A DNA stretch of 51,367 nt from Basidiobolus meristosporus CBS 931.73 (GCA_002104905.1 MCFE01000630.1:1-51367), one strand, 5' to 3'. Counted from the first letter of the stretch, positions 11,746 to 24,387 are shown. The notes: generated from the letters alone by a model not told the origin. Numbers and translations are program-made.

Positions 11746-14700
11746 TTATTTGTACCTATATCGACTAAAATCTCCTCTAATAAACTTCGAATGTATCCCG
11801 TGTCTTCCTCTATCCTTGTCCTGATAATCGTTTAATCGCACTTTGGTCTCATTGATGATCGGTGGATCATCATGAAACGGTTTCAGATGGGCTGGCGCTA
11901 CGTTGCTGATTGTCTTATTATTCAGGGTGATGGTGTACTTTGGTCCGTGGTCCAAACTGATATTGGTGCATGGGCCAATCCATCGGGGTGTAAATCGTGG
12001 GCGGAACTTGAGGCCTGCAACGGTTTGGTCGTACCACACCTTATTGCCTGGTTTCCACTTTCGTCTCGTTAGTTTCTCATTTTTGGGTGGAGGGGGAAGG
12101 TGCTTGTCAACATTTTCGAATACTTTTATGTATAGGTGGATGATACGGTGTATCAACCTTTCTATATAGTTGTTATGTGTCGTCAGGGGGACACCTTCCA
12201 TTGTCAATCCAGCTTCCTCCTGCCACTTGGGTCTTTGTCCATATAGGATTTCATATGGGGAGAAACCCGTTGTTTTATTCGGTGTGGTGCGCATTGCTAG
12301 GAGTGTCAGTGGGAGCAGCTCGGCCCATGATTGGGGAAGTTCCCAGTGAAGCTTCTCCAGTATGCGGCAACACGTCTGGTTCATCCTCTTGGTTAATCCG
12401 TTAGTCTGGGGGTGATACGCGGCCGTGAAGACTTGTTTCACGCCCATCATTTCGCACAGGTGGGCCACGGTGTCGTTCAGGAAGGAACCACCATTGTTGG
12501 ACAGGAGTATCTGAGGATATCCGTGTTGGCAGATGAGGTGTTCTAGAATGAATTGGGCGGTTGTCTTCTGATCTTTATTGCGGACGGCTTGGGCTTCTAC
12601 CCACTTTGAGAAATAATCGGTAACAATTATTATGTATCGTTCTCCTTTCTTTGTTTTCATAAAGGGGCCAACGAAGTCAATCCCTACTTGGTAGAAGGGC
12701 AGGTCAACCGGTATTGGTGCGGTTGTCCCTATCTTCTGACTCCGGTTGAATCTTTCGCAAGTGGTGCATCTTCGTAACGTATTTGTAACGTCGGTCATCA
12801 TTTTTCGCCAATAAAACGTTTTTCTTAACATCTTATATGTTGTTAGGGGGTTAGCGTGTCCTAATGACATATGTCTTTCTTGTATGATTTCTTCACAGGC
12901 TGCTAGTGGGGGTACCTTGGCTCTGGACTGTCCTTGGAGGAACCATAGTCAATTTTCTTGTACTTTGTACTGACACCATTTCCTTCAAAATTCTCTCTTC
13001 TGTTTGTTTGTAACGACGTGTTTGGGATACCTCCCTTTCTTTTTAAAGCAGATTACATCCTTGTACTCATCACTGACACGTATTTGGCAAATGGGATAGC
13101 GACTGAGGAAGTCTGCGTCCTGGTGTTTCTTGCCAGCGCGGTGAATTATTTCAAAGTCGTATTGCTGTAGTCGTAGGGCCCAACGTGCTAGTCGGCCGGT
13201 AAAGTCTTTAGTTTTCATCAGCCAGACCAGTGCGCTGTGGTCCGTTACTATTGTGAATCGGCAACCATGTATGTATGTATGGAATTGTTTAATTGAATAA
13301 ACAACAGCCAGACATTCTATCTTGGTAACGGGGTAGTGGTGTTTGTGTTTGTTTAGCAAACGGCTCACGTAACCGATCGGGTGGAATTTGCCGGGTTGGT
13401 GGTATTGTCCCAGTACGGCGCCTATACCGGTGAGGCTTCCATCACAGTTAATAAAAAATCTCGCATCCCAATTGGGAAATTGTAACACTGGCAGTGACGT
13501 CAGGGAATGTTTCAGCTGATCGAATGCTCTCTTTTGAGGCTCCGACCATACAAAACACTGGCCCTTTTGCGTCAATTTGTATAGGGGGGCTGCTATTGTT
13601 GCAAAGTTTTTGACAAAGCGGCAATAGTAGCCGGCTAATCCTAGGAATCCCAACACTGCATTAATGTCCTTTGGTGCAGGTGCATTTTGAACGGCTTTCA
13701 GGAGTGACGTAGATGGGTATATTCCATCTGCCAAGATCTCATGGCCCAGGAACAACAATTTTGTATACAGGAAATGGCACTTCTTGGGATGTAGTTTGAG
13801 TTGGTTCTTGAGGAGGGATGTCAGGATATGTTGCACATCATGTATATGTTCTTCTACATCGGGGGAATATATTGTGATGTTGTCCAGATACACAAGGGCG
13901 CATTCCCATTGTAGATTTCCTAGCACCTTGTCGATCATCCTTTGGAACGTAACGGGGGCATTGCACAAGCCAAAGGGTAGTTGGTTCCATTTGTATAATC
14001 CAAACAATGTTATAAAAGCCGTTTTGGGTCGATCTTCCGGGGCTACTTCTACTTGCCAATACCCGGAGATTAAGTCAAGAGAGCTAAAATATTTAGCTCC
14101 GATTAATCTGTCCAAGAGGTTGTCTATTTGCAGTAGCGGATACACGTCCTTCCGGGTGACGGCATTCAATTTCCGGTAGTCAATGCAAAAGCGTCGCTTT
14201 CCGTCTTTCTTCGGGACTATCACTACGGGGGAGGCCCACGGAGACTGGCTCTCTGTAATGATGTTGTCTTTTAATAAAGTTTCACTTGTCTCTTTGATAT
14301 AGTCTGTGTCAATTTTCGAATTCCTATAGGCTTTTTGCTTGATGGGGTATTTGTCGGCGAGGTGGATTTGGTGATATACCCCAGGTATATGACCAATTAC
14401 TTGGTTCTTAGAGAATACTTGGGCAAGCAGACGTATTCCTTCTAGGAATTTGTCTCGTAACGTAGGCGGTAGACTGGGGTCCACATCTAGTTCGGGGAGT
14501 TCTTCTTCTGGTTCTTCGTTTGGAGGAGGTCCTTGGTTGTTTCCGTCAACTTCCTCTAAGTTTAACAATGGCACTCCTCTAGGCAATGTCACCGTGTGTT
14601 GCCCGTTGTTAACCACTAAGCATTTCAGGCTTTGTGTTTCAAATTTTAGTGGTATCCATACTTTAGGGATCAAGATTCCTTCCAGTTGCTTGGATGCTTT

Positions 14701-15690
14701 TGCTGCGGTTATCATTCTTCCGCTCGTTGAATAAGCTATTGGTGTTTCTAATGAGATCACCGTCTCACTGGCGGGTGGTATTTTTATCACCTTTCGTGTG
14801 ATGATCAGAGACTGCGACGGTTTCACCTCTTCGATTGTCACACTGTTGCTACGCGCCTTGCTCTCATTGGTGATATGAATCAGTGGGATACTCTTGGTAT
14901 CCCACCTGAGTTCAGATGCACTGTAAAGTATATCTATCTTATGTTGGATAAACCAACTCTTGCCTATGAGTAAGTTGTTGGCTGCAATGGGTAGGACCAC
15001 GACATCTTGGCGTATTATCAAGTTGCCTAGCCGAATGGGGCAATTAGGCACCACACCTACCGTTGTATCCAGTTGGTCATTTGCTAGCCGTACTCAAATG
15101 GTGTCGTTGGGGACTATATTTAGTTTTAGATGTTTTGCTAATGACTCTGACATGATCAACGTAGAGGATCCTGTGTCAATAAGGGCGAGAATCTCCTTAT
15201 TCTCTATACGTACCTTTACGTATGTACCTTTATTTGGTTTTTGCAGGACCGTCTGGTTGACATGGAGGGACGTTATCTCCTTCAATCCCTCTATCAGTTC
15301 CTTGACTAGAGCCGGGGCCAGTCCCAGTAAATTGGTTATTGGGAGGGTTGCCTTGGTTTGCTCTAGTACCTTCATTATGGGGAATAGGCCATGGGACAAC
15401 GTGCTAGCGTTCTTTGTTCGCTTTAACACTTCTTCCCAAGGTTCATTCCGTACTTCTTCACCTAATTCCGCGCTCTTTCCTTTTGACGGAACCTCTACTA
15501 CAGGTTCCTTTGCCTCCTCTCTAGATGCATCATGTCGACACTTCTTCTTCCGCACTTTGATTGTCCTGACCGGAGGGCTTAGATTGACTGAGTCCTGTTG
15601 GCCTCCTGGCAAGGGACTCTGTCTTTTGACACCTTCTTCTCTTTTGTGTCCGGTACGGCTTCTCTTCCATACTGTTTTTCACATTCATGG
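11746..15690 (-). pseudogene. Ty3 pol: aspartic protease, RT, RNase H, integrase; single frame with premature stops
   Basis: ALIDTGSS; RFCIDYRKLN, LDLISGYWQ, PFGLCNAP, YLDNI; CDGSLTGIGAVL, TDHSAL; HMSLGH..CTTC, GIDFVGPF, YHPQTNG, RWIGP. Order PR-RT-RH-INT. The 5' boundary is approximate. Confidence 0.95.
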
Positions 15691-16451
15691 GCCTGGTGAC
15701 CTACTTCTCCACACACATAACACGGATACTGTTGTTGCAGTTGTTCCATCTGTTGGGTCAGGACTTGAACCTTGGCCTTTAGATCTACGACAGCTTCCCA
15801 GAGTTTATCACCTTCTTTGGGGACTTCTTGGACATTGTTGATTGAGAGTTCTTGGACCTTTTGCCGTAATTCCTCTAACTCACGGTCTTTCAGGGATGCA
15901 ATTTTTCCTTTCTTACGGGGGATCCCTGTCCTTCAATCATTTGTATCACTATAGGGTAGCCCCCATAGCAAGATGACCCCTTGTACTTGTTTGACCAACT
16001 CTTGCAACGTTTTACATCCCTGTTGTTCTTTGGACGCCCTACGTCTTATTTCGTTGTCTAAGCCCATGATGTAATACCTCATGAGCTGTTGTTCGGCGAT
16101 TTTGTCCTTTGGGAGACATCAAACTTGTTGGAGAAACAGTTCAGTGTAGGCTGCATAGCTTTCACTGCTTTTCTTCCACAAGGACAGTAGAAGGGCTTTG
16201 TAGTGGTATCCTTTGGCATATAGAAAGCGTGTCTTGTAGGCTTCTTCTAGTGCATCCCAGTCGTCTTTGACTGCGTCTTCCAACCCATAATGCCATTGCC
16301 ATGCTGACCCTTCCATATGTCTTGCAAACTCTCTTACTTTCTTATTGTTGTCCCATCCTGCATCAACCGCAACTCTCTCAAACTTATCGAACCACTCAAG
16401 GGCTTTCTCTCTCTTTCCCTTGTATGTTTTTAGTTTGATTGTAGTAGTCAT
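15565..16451 (-). pseudogene. Ty3 gag with CCHC zinc knuckle, interrupted
   Basis: The N-part (16119-16451) reads EWFDKFERVA..GWD. The knuckle CYVCGEVGHQAHEC is near 15680-15725. Pol overlaps in the -1 frame. Confidence 0.85.
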
Positions 16452-16477
16452 TACCTCACTTGTGCTTATTTCCGCAT

Positions 16478-16488
16478 AGACGGCACCA
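16478..16488 (-). other. Ty3 primer-binding site TGGTGCCGTCT
   Basis: Lies 4 nt inside the 5' LTR and is complementary to a tRNA 3' end ...AGACGGCACCA. The GCC-start acceptor stem resembles eukaryotic tRNA-His. Confidence 0.55.
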
Positions 16489-16492
16489 AATA

Positions 16493-16878
16493 TGTGGGTT
16501 ATTACTGACTGTACTTGGTGAGTGGGAGAGCTTGTAGGTCAAGTCAGTACCACTTGGCTCAGAATAGCTTCCAATAGAAGGTAGCAAGGTAATAAAGACT
16601 TCTGTTTATTTTGTCCAAATCTTGTTGTTCTTCCTGGTTCAATTGGGTAGATATATATATCACTTGGGGGGCTTAGACAATCAACAATGTGTTATAAAAT
16701 AGGGGTGTGAGCACCTTCCTGTTATGGTAAGTGTTCTAACTAGATAAGGGCAGGGATAGGAGGGGAGGACGCGAGGGGGAATCATAGGGAGGGTACTGGA
16801 GGACTTTGGGTAGGACTCTGGAGGGAACTCTTGGGAGAACTCTTGGGCAAAGAGTGGGTACTACATTGAGTACTCACA
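16493..16878 (-). repeat. Ty3 5' LTR
   Basis: Partner of 10107-10492, followed by the PBS and gag on the minus strand. Confidence 0.97.
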
Positions 16879-19809
16879 TAGTCAGCATTACTCCTTTTGA
16901 AACTCAACGATTCCAAATAAGAACTATCTTGCAATTCCAGGCTCTTGGTGATTGTTCAAGCCATATAGTGACTTTTTAAGCTTGCAGACCAAATGGGGGC
17001 TATCTTGGTCAACAAACTCATCAGGCTGGTCCATATACACATCCTCACCAAGTTTGCCAATCCAAAATGCAGCTTTTACATCCATTTAATGAATAAAAAA
17101 CATATATTTGGCTGCAATAGCCAATATTAATCTGATGGAATTAAACTTGGCTACTGGCGCAAAGGTCTCAGTATAGTCAAGTCCTTTTGTTTGAGAGTAT
17201 CTTTTGGCCACAAGTCTTGGATTATATCTTCAATTGTACCATCAGCAATGTATTTTGTCTTCAAGACCCATCTGCATCCAATTGATTTTTGGTTGATTGG
17301 TAATTTGACTTAGTCCCAAGTTTGATATTCCATCATGGCCTGATATTCATCAGTCATTGGAGATCTCCAAGATTTTGTCTGAGGGCTATTCAGGGCCTCT
17401 TTTACAGTCTAGGGTTCATCAGCATTGACTGAATATGCATAGGCTAAGTTTGTACCCTCATTGATAAAGTAATTTTGGGCTATTTCTTGTCCAATTTGAT
17501 CTCCCGGCATTTGATACTGGAATAATCACTTCTGGGATACTCCTGCGCACAGATTCTGGCTGAACCCTGGTTTTAGAGTCCTCTGGAGTGAAAAAATTCC
17601 CATTGGTTTGCTCTGATTCAATCCTGACAATTGATGGACTTGAGATCAGATTTTTGTCATCATCTGATATAATTTTTTGTGAAAATTTTGAAATTTCATC
17701 AAACAACACATCCCTGATCTTGATTAGCTTCTTTTCTTTGGTATTGTAGAGTCTGTATGCTTTACTCTCATTGCAGTAACCCAAAAATATGCATTTTAAA
17801 CTTTTTGGCTCAAATTTTGACTGATTTCTGGGCAGTTTCTTGGCATATGCTGTACACCCAAATATTCTTAGATGTTCTGCACTTGGTCTGTACCCATACC
17901 ATACTTCAAATGGAGTAGGACCACAAAGTATTCTGCTATAACTCCTATTTTTAAGATATACAGCAGTGGCAACTGATTCCGCCCAAAAATCATAGGATAA
18001 TTTTTGATCATGGATCATATATCTTGCCATTTCAATTATTAATCTGTTAGCACATTCTGCTACTCCATTTTGCTGTGGGGAGTATGGTACAGTAGTCTCT
18101 TGCTTTATCACATGAATTTTGCAGAAGAGGATGAAGAGTCTTGAGGTATATTTTCCACCATTGTTAGAGCATATTTTCTTGATTTTTTCACCAGTTTCTC
18201 TCTCCATCATGGCTTTGAACACCCTGAACTTAGACAGAGCTTCTTCCTTTCTCTCCATGAAGTAGACCCATGTGTATCTTGCATAGTCATTGATAAAGGT
18301 GATGAAGGACCTCATCCCACCTAAGGATAAATTTTGCATCGGTCCACACAGATCTGAGTGAATTAGATCTAATTCTTTCTTAGTCTTGATTAACCCAGAG
18401 CTCTTGACAGTTGTCTGGCTTGTTTCATCTATATGCAGGCTTCACAGTACTTTAAATCAGCTGGGGGATCAATTTTTACTCCAGAAATTAGCTGATCTTT
18501 GATCGTTTTGTACAAATAATCAAAATTGATATGTCCAAAACTTCTGTGCCAATGCATTGGTATTTCTTCATTTAAGTTACTTATATTGGCTTCTAAATAT
18601 GATGGAATATAAGTCAACTTGTATAGATTCTGATCTCTGATACTCAAAGCAATATGGGCACCATTATGATCAGTGATCTTGCATGCAGAATTGTCAAAGC
18701 TGAAACTGAGTCCTTCTGCTGTGGCCTTGCTTACAGATAGTAGGTTCTTGGCTATTTCTGGGACATAAAGTACTTCTTTAAGGGTCATTGTATGGCTTCC
18801 TTCACTGCTTCTTAGGTTTACTTGGATGGTTCCTTCTCCCACTGCATCAAGTGTTCTATTGTCACCCATGAAAACCTTCTTAATTGGAATTTCTTGATAT
18901 TGGGTAAAAAGTTCTTTTTGGTGTGTAAAGTGTTGAGATGCTCCAGAGTCAATATATCATGACTGAGAATCCTTGTTTGTGGTCATATTTAGTGCAGATA
19001 TGAATAGTCTATCTTCAGTTGTTGCAGCATTTCCATATCTAGGCTTCTTTTGCTGATTATCTCTCTTTCTGAAGCACCGGTCTGATGTGTGTCCTTTCCT
19101 TTTGCAGTAGTTGCAAAATATGTTGCTGTTGCCTTTGTAGGGTCTTGGGTACCTCCTTTGCTGATTATCATTGGTTATTAAACCATTTTCTTCTTCCTTC
19201 TTGTTGGCACTTGATCTTCTTAATTCTTCATCCAGGAGCCTTCCATATATGTAATATAAGGTCAAATCTTCAGTTCTGGACTCTAGGGCTGATACAAGGC
19301 CCTGAAACATGTCTGTCAGGCTATTCAGGATGGTAACTATCACATCCTCATCACTAGTTGGTACACCCACAGATTCCATTTCATCTCCTAGCAGGGTAAT
19401 TCTGTTAATTAGATTTTTCATTTCTTCTCCTGTCAGTATCTTTGTAGTAAAGAATTCTTGTCTCAGATACATTTTCTTAGCAGCTGAACAGGACTGGTAG
19501 GTGTCTTCTAATGCCTTCTAGGCATTCTTTGCTGTTTTTGCTCTTGAGCATTGAATTAGCAATTTGTCTTTAACATTAAGGCAAATGCGGTTAAAAGCAC
19601 TTTGTTCTTTCTTCTGGTACTTTAAGGCTTCCTCTCCCACATTTTTAGGAGGGCATTCTTCTCCCATGACAATATCTCAAAGGCCTCTTTCTTGTAGAAG
19701 TATCTTTATCTTCACCTTCCACACTTGGTAGTTAGATCCATCCAACTTTTCAGCAGAGGGAAAAATTCCAGTAAAAGCAGTAGTAGACATTCCAGAGAGT
19801 GACAGCTCA

Positions 19810-19821
19810 GGGCTCACAACC
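19810..19821 (-). other. Copia primer-binding site GGTTGTGAGCCC
   Basis: Directly after the LTR end ...CAACA; resembles the GGTTATG(A/G)GCCC internal half-tRNAiMet PBS used by copia-like elements. Confidence 0.75.
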
Positions 19822-20168
19822 TGTTGTAAGAATCTTGGAGATATTGGAAGTGATTGGGAGGACAAGGAGATTATGTGGTTTTCACTTAAGAATTTATTGA
19901 ATGTAAAAGTAGGATTTATACTTTTACATGGTCTTGGCATTATAAGCATGTAAAATAGGCTAAGGAAGGTCCTAAGAGCTTGTGTGCAAAGTTTGGGGCT
20001 GTTTGGACAACTTTGAAAACTTTCATGTTCTGGGTACCTGGTATTTTGGTGAATATTCAAAGTTAATCTTGACAAGGAATTGGGTCAGTATTCTCTAGGA
20101 TTTGAGGGTAGTGATCTAAGTGACTAAGTTAGGTGAATATTTAGGTGGAATTGCAAATTTTCACAACA
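19822..20168 (-). repeat. Copia LTR (347 bp, TGTTG...CAACA), shared by Copia A and Copia B
   Basis: Terminal inverted TGTTG/CAACA. Homologous sequence occurs at about 23050-23149, 48409-48497 and 48498-48825. Confidence 0.85.
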
Positions 20169-23149
20169 CTAATTGCTCATGCTGACTGGTCCAAATTGTG
20201 ACTTTAGATATTCCAGTATTTCTCTAGCCAATGTGTTGGTAAATATGTCTGCTATCATTTTATCTGTAGGTTAAAATAACTTAGTGGCTGACTATTCTCT
20301 AAAGCTTCATATGTGAAAGATGTCTAATATCTGTGAGCTTAGTTTTAGCATGAAAAGTCAGATTTCTATTTATCTTATACATCTTGGATTATCCTGAAAT
20401 AGAATAGCAGGCATTTTTTGGCATAGGTCTAAGTCTTTAAAAAGCTTTCTGAGCCACATTGCTTCTTTGGTAGCCTTACAGGATGACATTTACTCTATCT
20501 ATGTGGTGGAAAGTGCTACAGCTCATTGCTTTCTTGAATTCTAGGAAATTCTTCCATTATATAAAGAACAGTATGTCCTGTGGTAGATATTATGTCTTCT
20601 GAGTTTTGTCCCCAATCAGCTTCAGAATATTCCACAATATTTTGTTCTGAATCCATATAGGAGTACTTTGAGCAGATATTAGCAGCTCCTTTCAGATATC
20701 TATGAATCCTCTCAACTGGTGAAATATGATAAGATCCATAGTTCTGATTATACTGGCAGACAACTCCTACTGAAAATGATACATTTGGACATGTTCCAGG
20801 CATAATGTACATCAGACTGTCAGCCATCAGCTGGTCAGAGATCTTGGGCTTTCACATGGCACCAAGCCCTCATGGTGTAGTTCAGTTTTGACCAAGCTCA
20901 GCTTTGTCTGCATTGAGGTAGCTGCAAGTTTACTGACCCCCATTTGGCACTTCTAAGGCATATTTTGAATATGCTTGAGCTGTCTTAGGGTGAAAGTGTG
21001 GGTGCTTGTGCTCATGGAGAGGCTTATCCCTAAGAAGTAGCTGAGTTCTCCTAGATTGGAAATCTTGAGCTCCTTAGATTGGGCAAATTTAGTTTCTTCC
21101 AATGTTCCTTTATAATTGGTGGCAATAATAAGATCATCCATATATAGTGTCAATAGTGCTATATTTATTCTTTGTGGCCTATATTTGACACTATAGTCAG
21201 TAGTACTTCTTTGGAAACTCACAGATTCCAAATAAGAATCTATCTAGCAATTCTAGGCTCTTTGTGATTGTTTAAGACCGCAAAGAGACTTTTTAAGCAT
21301 GCATGCAAAATGGGGGTTATATTGGTCAGGAAACCCATTGGGCTGGCTCATGTATGAATCCTAATCAAGTTCCCCATTCAAAATATAGTTATTACATTCA
21401 TTCAATGAGTATAAAACTTATGTTTGGAAGACTTATATTTGGCTGCAATAGCCAATATTAATATGATGGAATTAAGCTTGGCTACTGGTGCAGCAGTCTC
21501 AGTATAGTTAAGTCCTGCTGATTGGTAGTATTCTTTGCACAAGTCCTATTTTGTATCTTTCAATTGTACCATCAGCCTTGTATTTTTTCTTGATGACCCA
21601 TTGACACCCAACTGCTCTTTGGTTGATTGCTAATTTGACCAAGTCCTGAGATTGATTTTGCATCAAGGCCTGATACTACTCAGTTCTTGTAGATCTCTAA
21701 AGCTTTGTCTGAGTGCTATATAGGGTCTCCTTCATAGGCTGGGGCTCATCTATATGGACTGAATAGGCATAGGCTAAGCTTGTACCTGCATTGATATAGT
21801 GACTTGGTCTGGTTGGATCTCCTGGTTTGCAATACTGAAATGATAACTTCTAGGATATACCAGGACACTGATCAAGGCTGGACCATGGTTGTAGAGTCCT
21901 CTGGAGTGATAAAAGCTCCATTATTTTGCTCTGATATAATCCTGACAATTGATGGACTTAAGTTCAGATTTTTGTCATCATCTGAAGTCACTTTTTGTGA
22001 AGACTTTGAGTTTTCATATAGCAACACATCCCTGGACTGGATCAGCTTCTTTGCTTTCTACTTGTAGAGTATTTATGCCTTACTCTCACTGAAGTAGCCC
22101 AGAAACATAGATTTTAAATTTTTGGCTCAAATTATGATCAGTTTTCAGGCAGTTTCTTGGCATATGCTGTGCACCCCAATATTTTGAGATGTTCTGTACT
22201 TGGTCTGTATTCATGCCATAACTCAAATGGAGTAGAGCCCAAAGTTTTCCTCTAAAATTCCTATACAGCTGAAGTCACTGATTCCACCCACAAATCTTGG
22301 GATAATATCTGATCCCAGATCAGTAATCTTACCATATCAATTATTGATCTATTTGTAGATTCTGCTACCTCATTTTGCTTTGGGGAGTATGGTACACTAG
22401 TTGTGTGCTTTATTGCATGAATTTTGCACAGGTTGATGGGAGTCTTGAGGTATATGCTCCACCATTGTCATAGCATATTTTCTCAATTTTTTCACCAATT
22501 TCTCTCTCCACCACGGCCTTGACTTGTCAAATCTTCAGTTCTGGCCTCTAGGGCTGATACAAGGCCCTGAAACCTTTTTGGGAGGCTACTTAGGAATGGT
22601 AACTATCATATCCCCATCAGCAGCTGGTATGCCCTCAGCTTCCATCTAAACAATTAGCCGGGTAATTCAGTCAATTATATATTTTGTTTCTTTTCCTGGC
22701 AGCATCTTAGTAGTAAAGAACTTTTGTCTCAGATACATTTTCTTGGCAGCTGAACATGACTGGTAGGTGTCTTATAGTGTCTTCCTGGCATTCTTTGCCA
22801 TTTTGCTCTTGAGCATTGAATTAGCAATTTGTCTTTAACATTAAGGCAAATGCGGTTGAATGCACTTTGTGTGTTCTTGTGTTACCTTATGGCTTCCTCT
22901 CCTATGTTTTTAAGAGGGCATTCTTCTCCCATGACAATATCCTGAAGGCCTCTTTTTGTAGCAGCATCTTCATCTTCACCTTCCATACTTGGTAGTTAGA
23001 TCCATCCAGGTTCTCAACAAAGTGACAATTTCAGCAATTGTAGCAAATCCCAACAAGGAACTTGTTTGGCACTCTCCAAGATTCTTAGGTATTGATCTAA
23101 GTGACTAAGTTAGGTGAATATATAGGTGGAATTACCAATTTTTACAACA
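20169..23149 (-). mobile_element. Ty1/Copia copy B, heavily decayed, with a gag-to-integrase deletion and a partial 5' LTR
   Basis: RNase H at 20516-20827 (YSEADWG), RT at 20953-21231 (LYMDD), integrase remnants to about 22515, gag remnants at about 22516-23030. Collinear with Copia A. Confidence 0.85.
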
Positions 23150-23379
23150 ATGATGACCCCCCTACGCTTGAAAATGGCAGCATGGGTATTATTCTGATTG
23201 GCAATGCGGCATCCAAAATTGTCAAAATGGACACTGAGTCATGCTATTGAGGCCTTACTTAGAGATAATATATATTTGGATACTTATGGTGCCTGAAGTG
23301 CTTCTTTAGAGCTGGGTGTGTGGCCACTTTTGATACATTCAAGGCTTACTGAGATAGCTCTCTGTCAAACTATATCAAG

Positions 23380-24150
23380 TGATATTGTAAAAGGTACTTC
23401 TTGGTATGTAAAGTGTTGAGATGCTCCAGTGCTACTATACCAGATCTAACAGCCCTTGTTTGCTATCACACTGGTTACAAATATGAATAGTATATCTTTG
23501 GTGGTTACAGCTTCTCCACATCCAGGCATTTTCTGCTGATCATCCCACTTCTTGAAGCACCAGTCTGATGTGCATTCTTTCCTTCTGCAGTAGCCGCAAG
23601 AGAGGTTGAAGTTGCCTGACAGGGTCTTGGGCAGCAATACCTTTGATTCTGAACCATAGGAGTGATTCAAGGCCCTGATCTTTTCCATCAGGCTAGTGAG
23701 GAAGGTCACTATGACATTCCATCAGTCACTTGTACACCTACTAGGTCTATCTCATCAACCTGCAGAACAACTCTGTTAGTTTGACTCTGGATTACTTTTC
23801 CAGGGAGCATTGTTGTTGTAAATAATTCTTGACCAATATTTGTTCTCTTAGCAGCTAAACATGGCTGACAGGTGTTGCGTAATTTGCTGCTGGCATTCTT
23901 GGCCATTTTGCTCTTGAGCATTGACTTGGCAATCTGTCTTTAACACTAAGACATATGCAGTTAGAGGCACTTTGGTCTTTCTTCTGATACTTGAGGGCAT
24001 CCTTTCCTACACCTTCAGGAGGACATACTTCTCCCACTTGTGCAGTTAGGGAGAAGATCCGGATGACAGAGGATCCATCCGAAAATACCCTTTTGCTACG
24101 GTATGCAAGTGATCCCCGGTGTTTCAGGAACTTGGATCCCATTTAGGTCT
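23380..24150 (-). mobile_element. Copia gag remnant (copy C)
   Basis: Fragments 23855-24142 (ALKYQKKDQSA..ICLSVKD) and 23446-23709 (CGYCRRKECTSDWC) match Copia A gag. Confidence 0.8.
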
Positions 24151-24387
24151 AGCTGATCAGAGTATATAGTTTAGTAGAAGTGTTTTGAGTCTTGTGATTG
24201 CACCTACATTTTCCATTTATTTAGTCAGGTCATTGTCAATGGGTCTTGGTATATCTTGTCCAAGCTCTTGGCATGGATTCACTTTGACAGTTCTAGTCTA
24301 TTGGGGGATAAGTAGACCTATATCCTTGAAGATGTTATGCCGGAGTAATCAATGTACGTTACATGGTAACAGTCTGACCACTGACTC

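Larger units (their letters stand above)
10107..16878 (-). mobile_element. Structurally complete Ty3/Gypsy LTR retrotransposon with TAGTC target-site duplication
   Basis: LTRs 10107-10492 and 16493-16878 (TG...CA, 386 bp, 7 mismatches by eye). TSD at 10102-10106 and 16879-16883. Excision restores Copia RT SNADYSTYC. Confidence 0.97.
9339..20168 (-). mobile_element. Ty1/Copia retrotransposon A (5' LTR, gag, protease, integrase, RT, RNase H), interrupted by the Ty3 element; 3' LTR missing
   Basis: Gag starts at ATG 19790 (KLDGSNYQVW, CNYCKRKGHTSDRC). Protease YIDSGASQH is near 18950, integrase is at 17458-18339, RT LYVDD is near 10050 and RNase H GYSDADW is in 9339-9851. Domain order PR-INT-RT-RH is that of Copia. 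Confidence 0.93.

Noticed and set aside
15560-15700. Programmed -1 frameshift signal between gag and pol
   Set aside because: The frames overlap with a -1 offset, but no canonical X XXY YYZ heptamer is in the right phase; the mechanism is undetermined.
14960-15841. 293-aa plus-strand ORF and other plus-strand ORFs across 10500-16000
   Set aside because: Antisense shadows of Ty3 gag/pol with no independent motifs.
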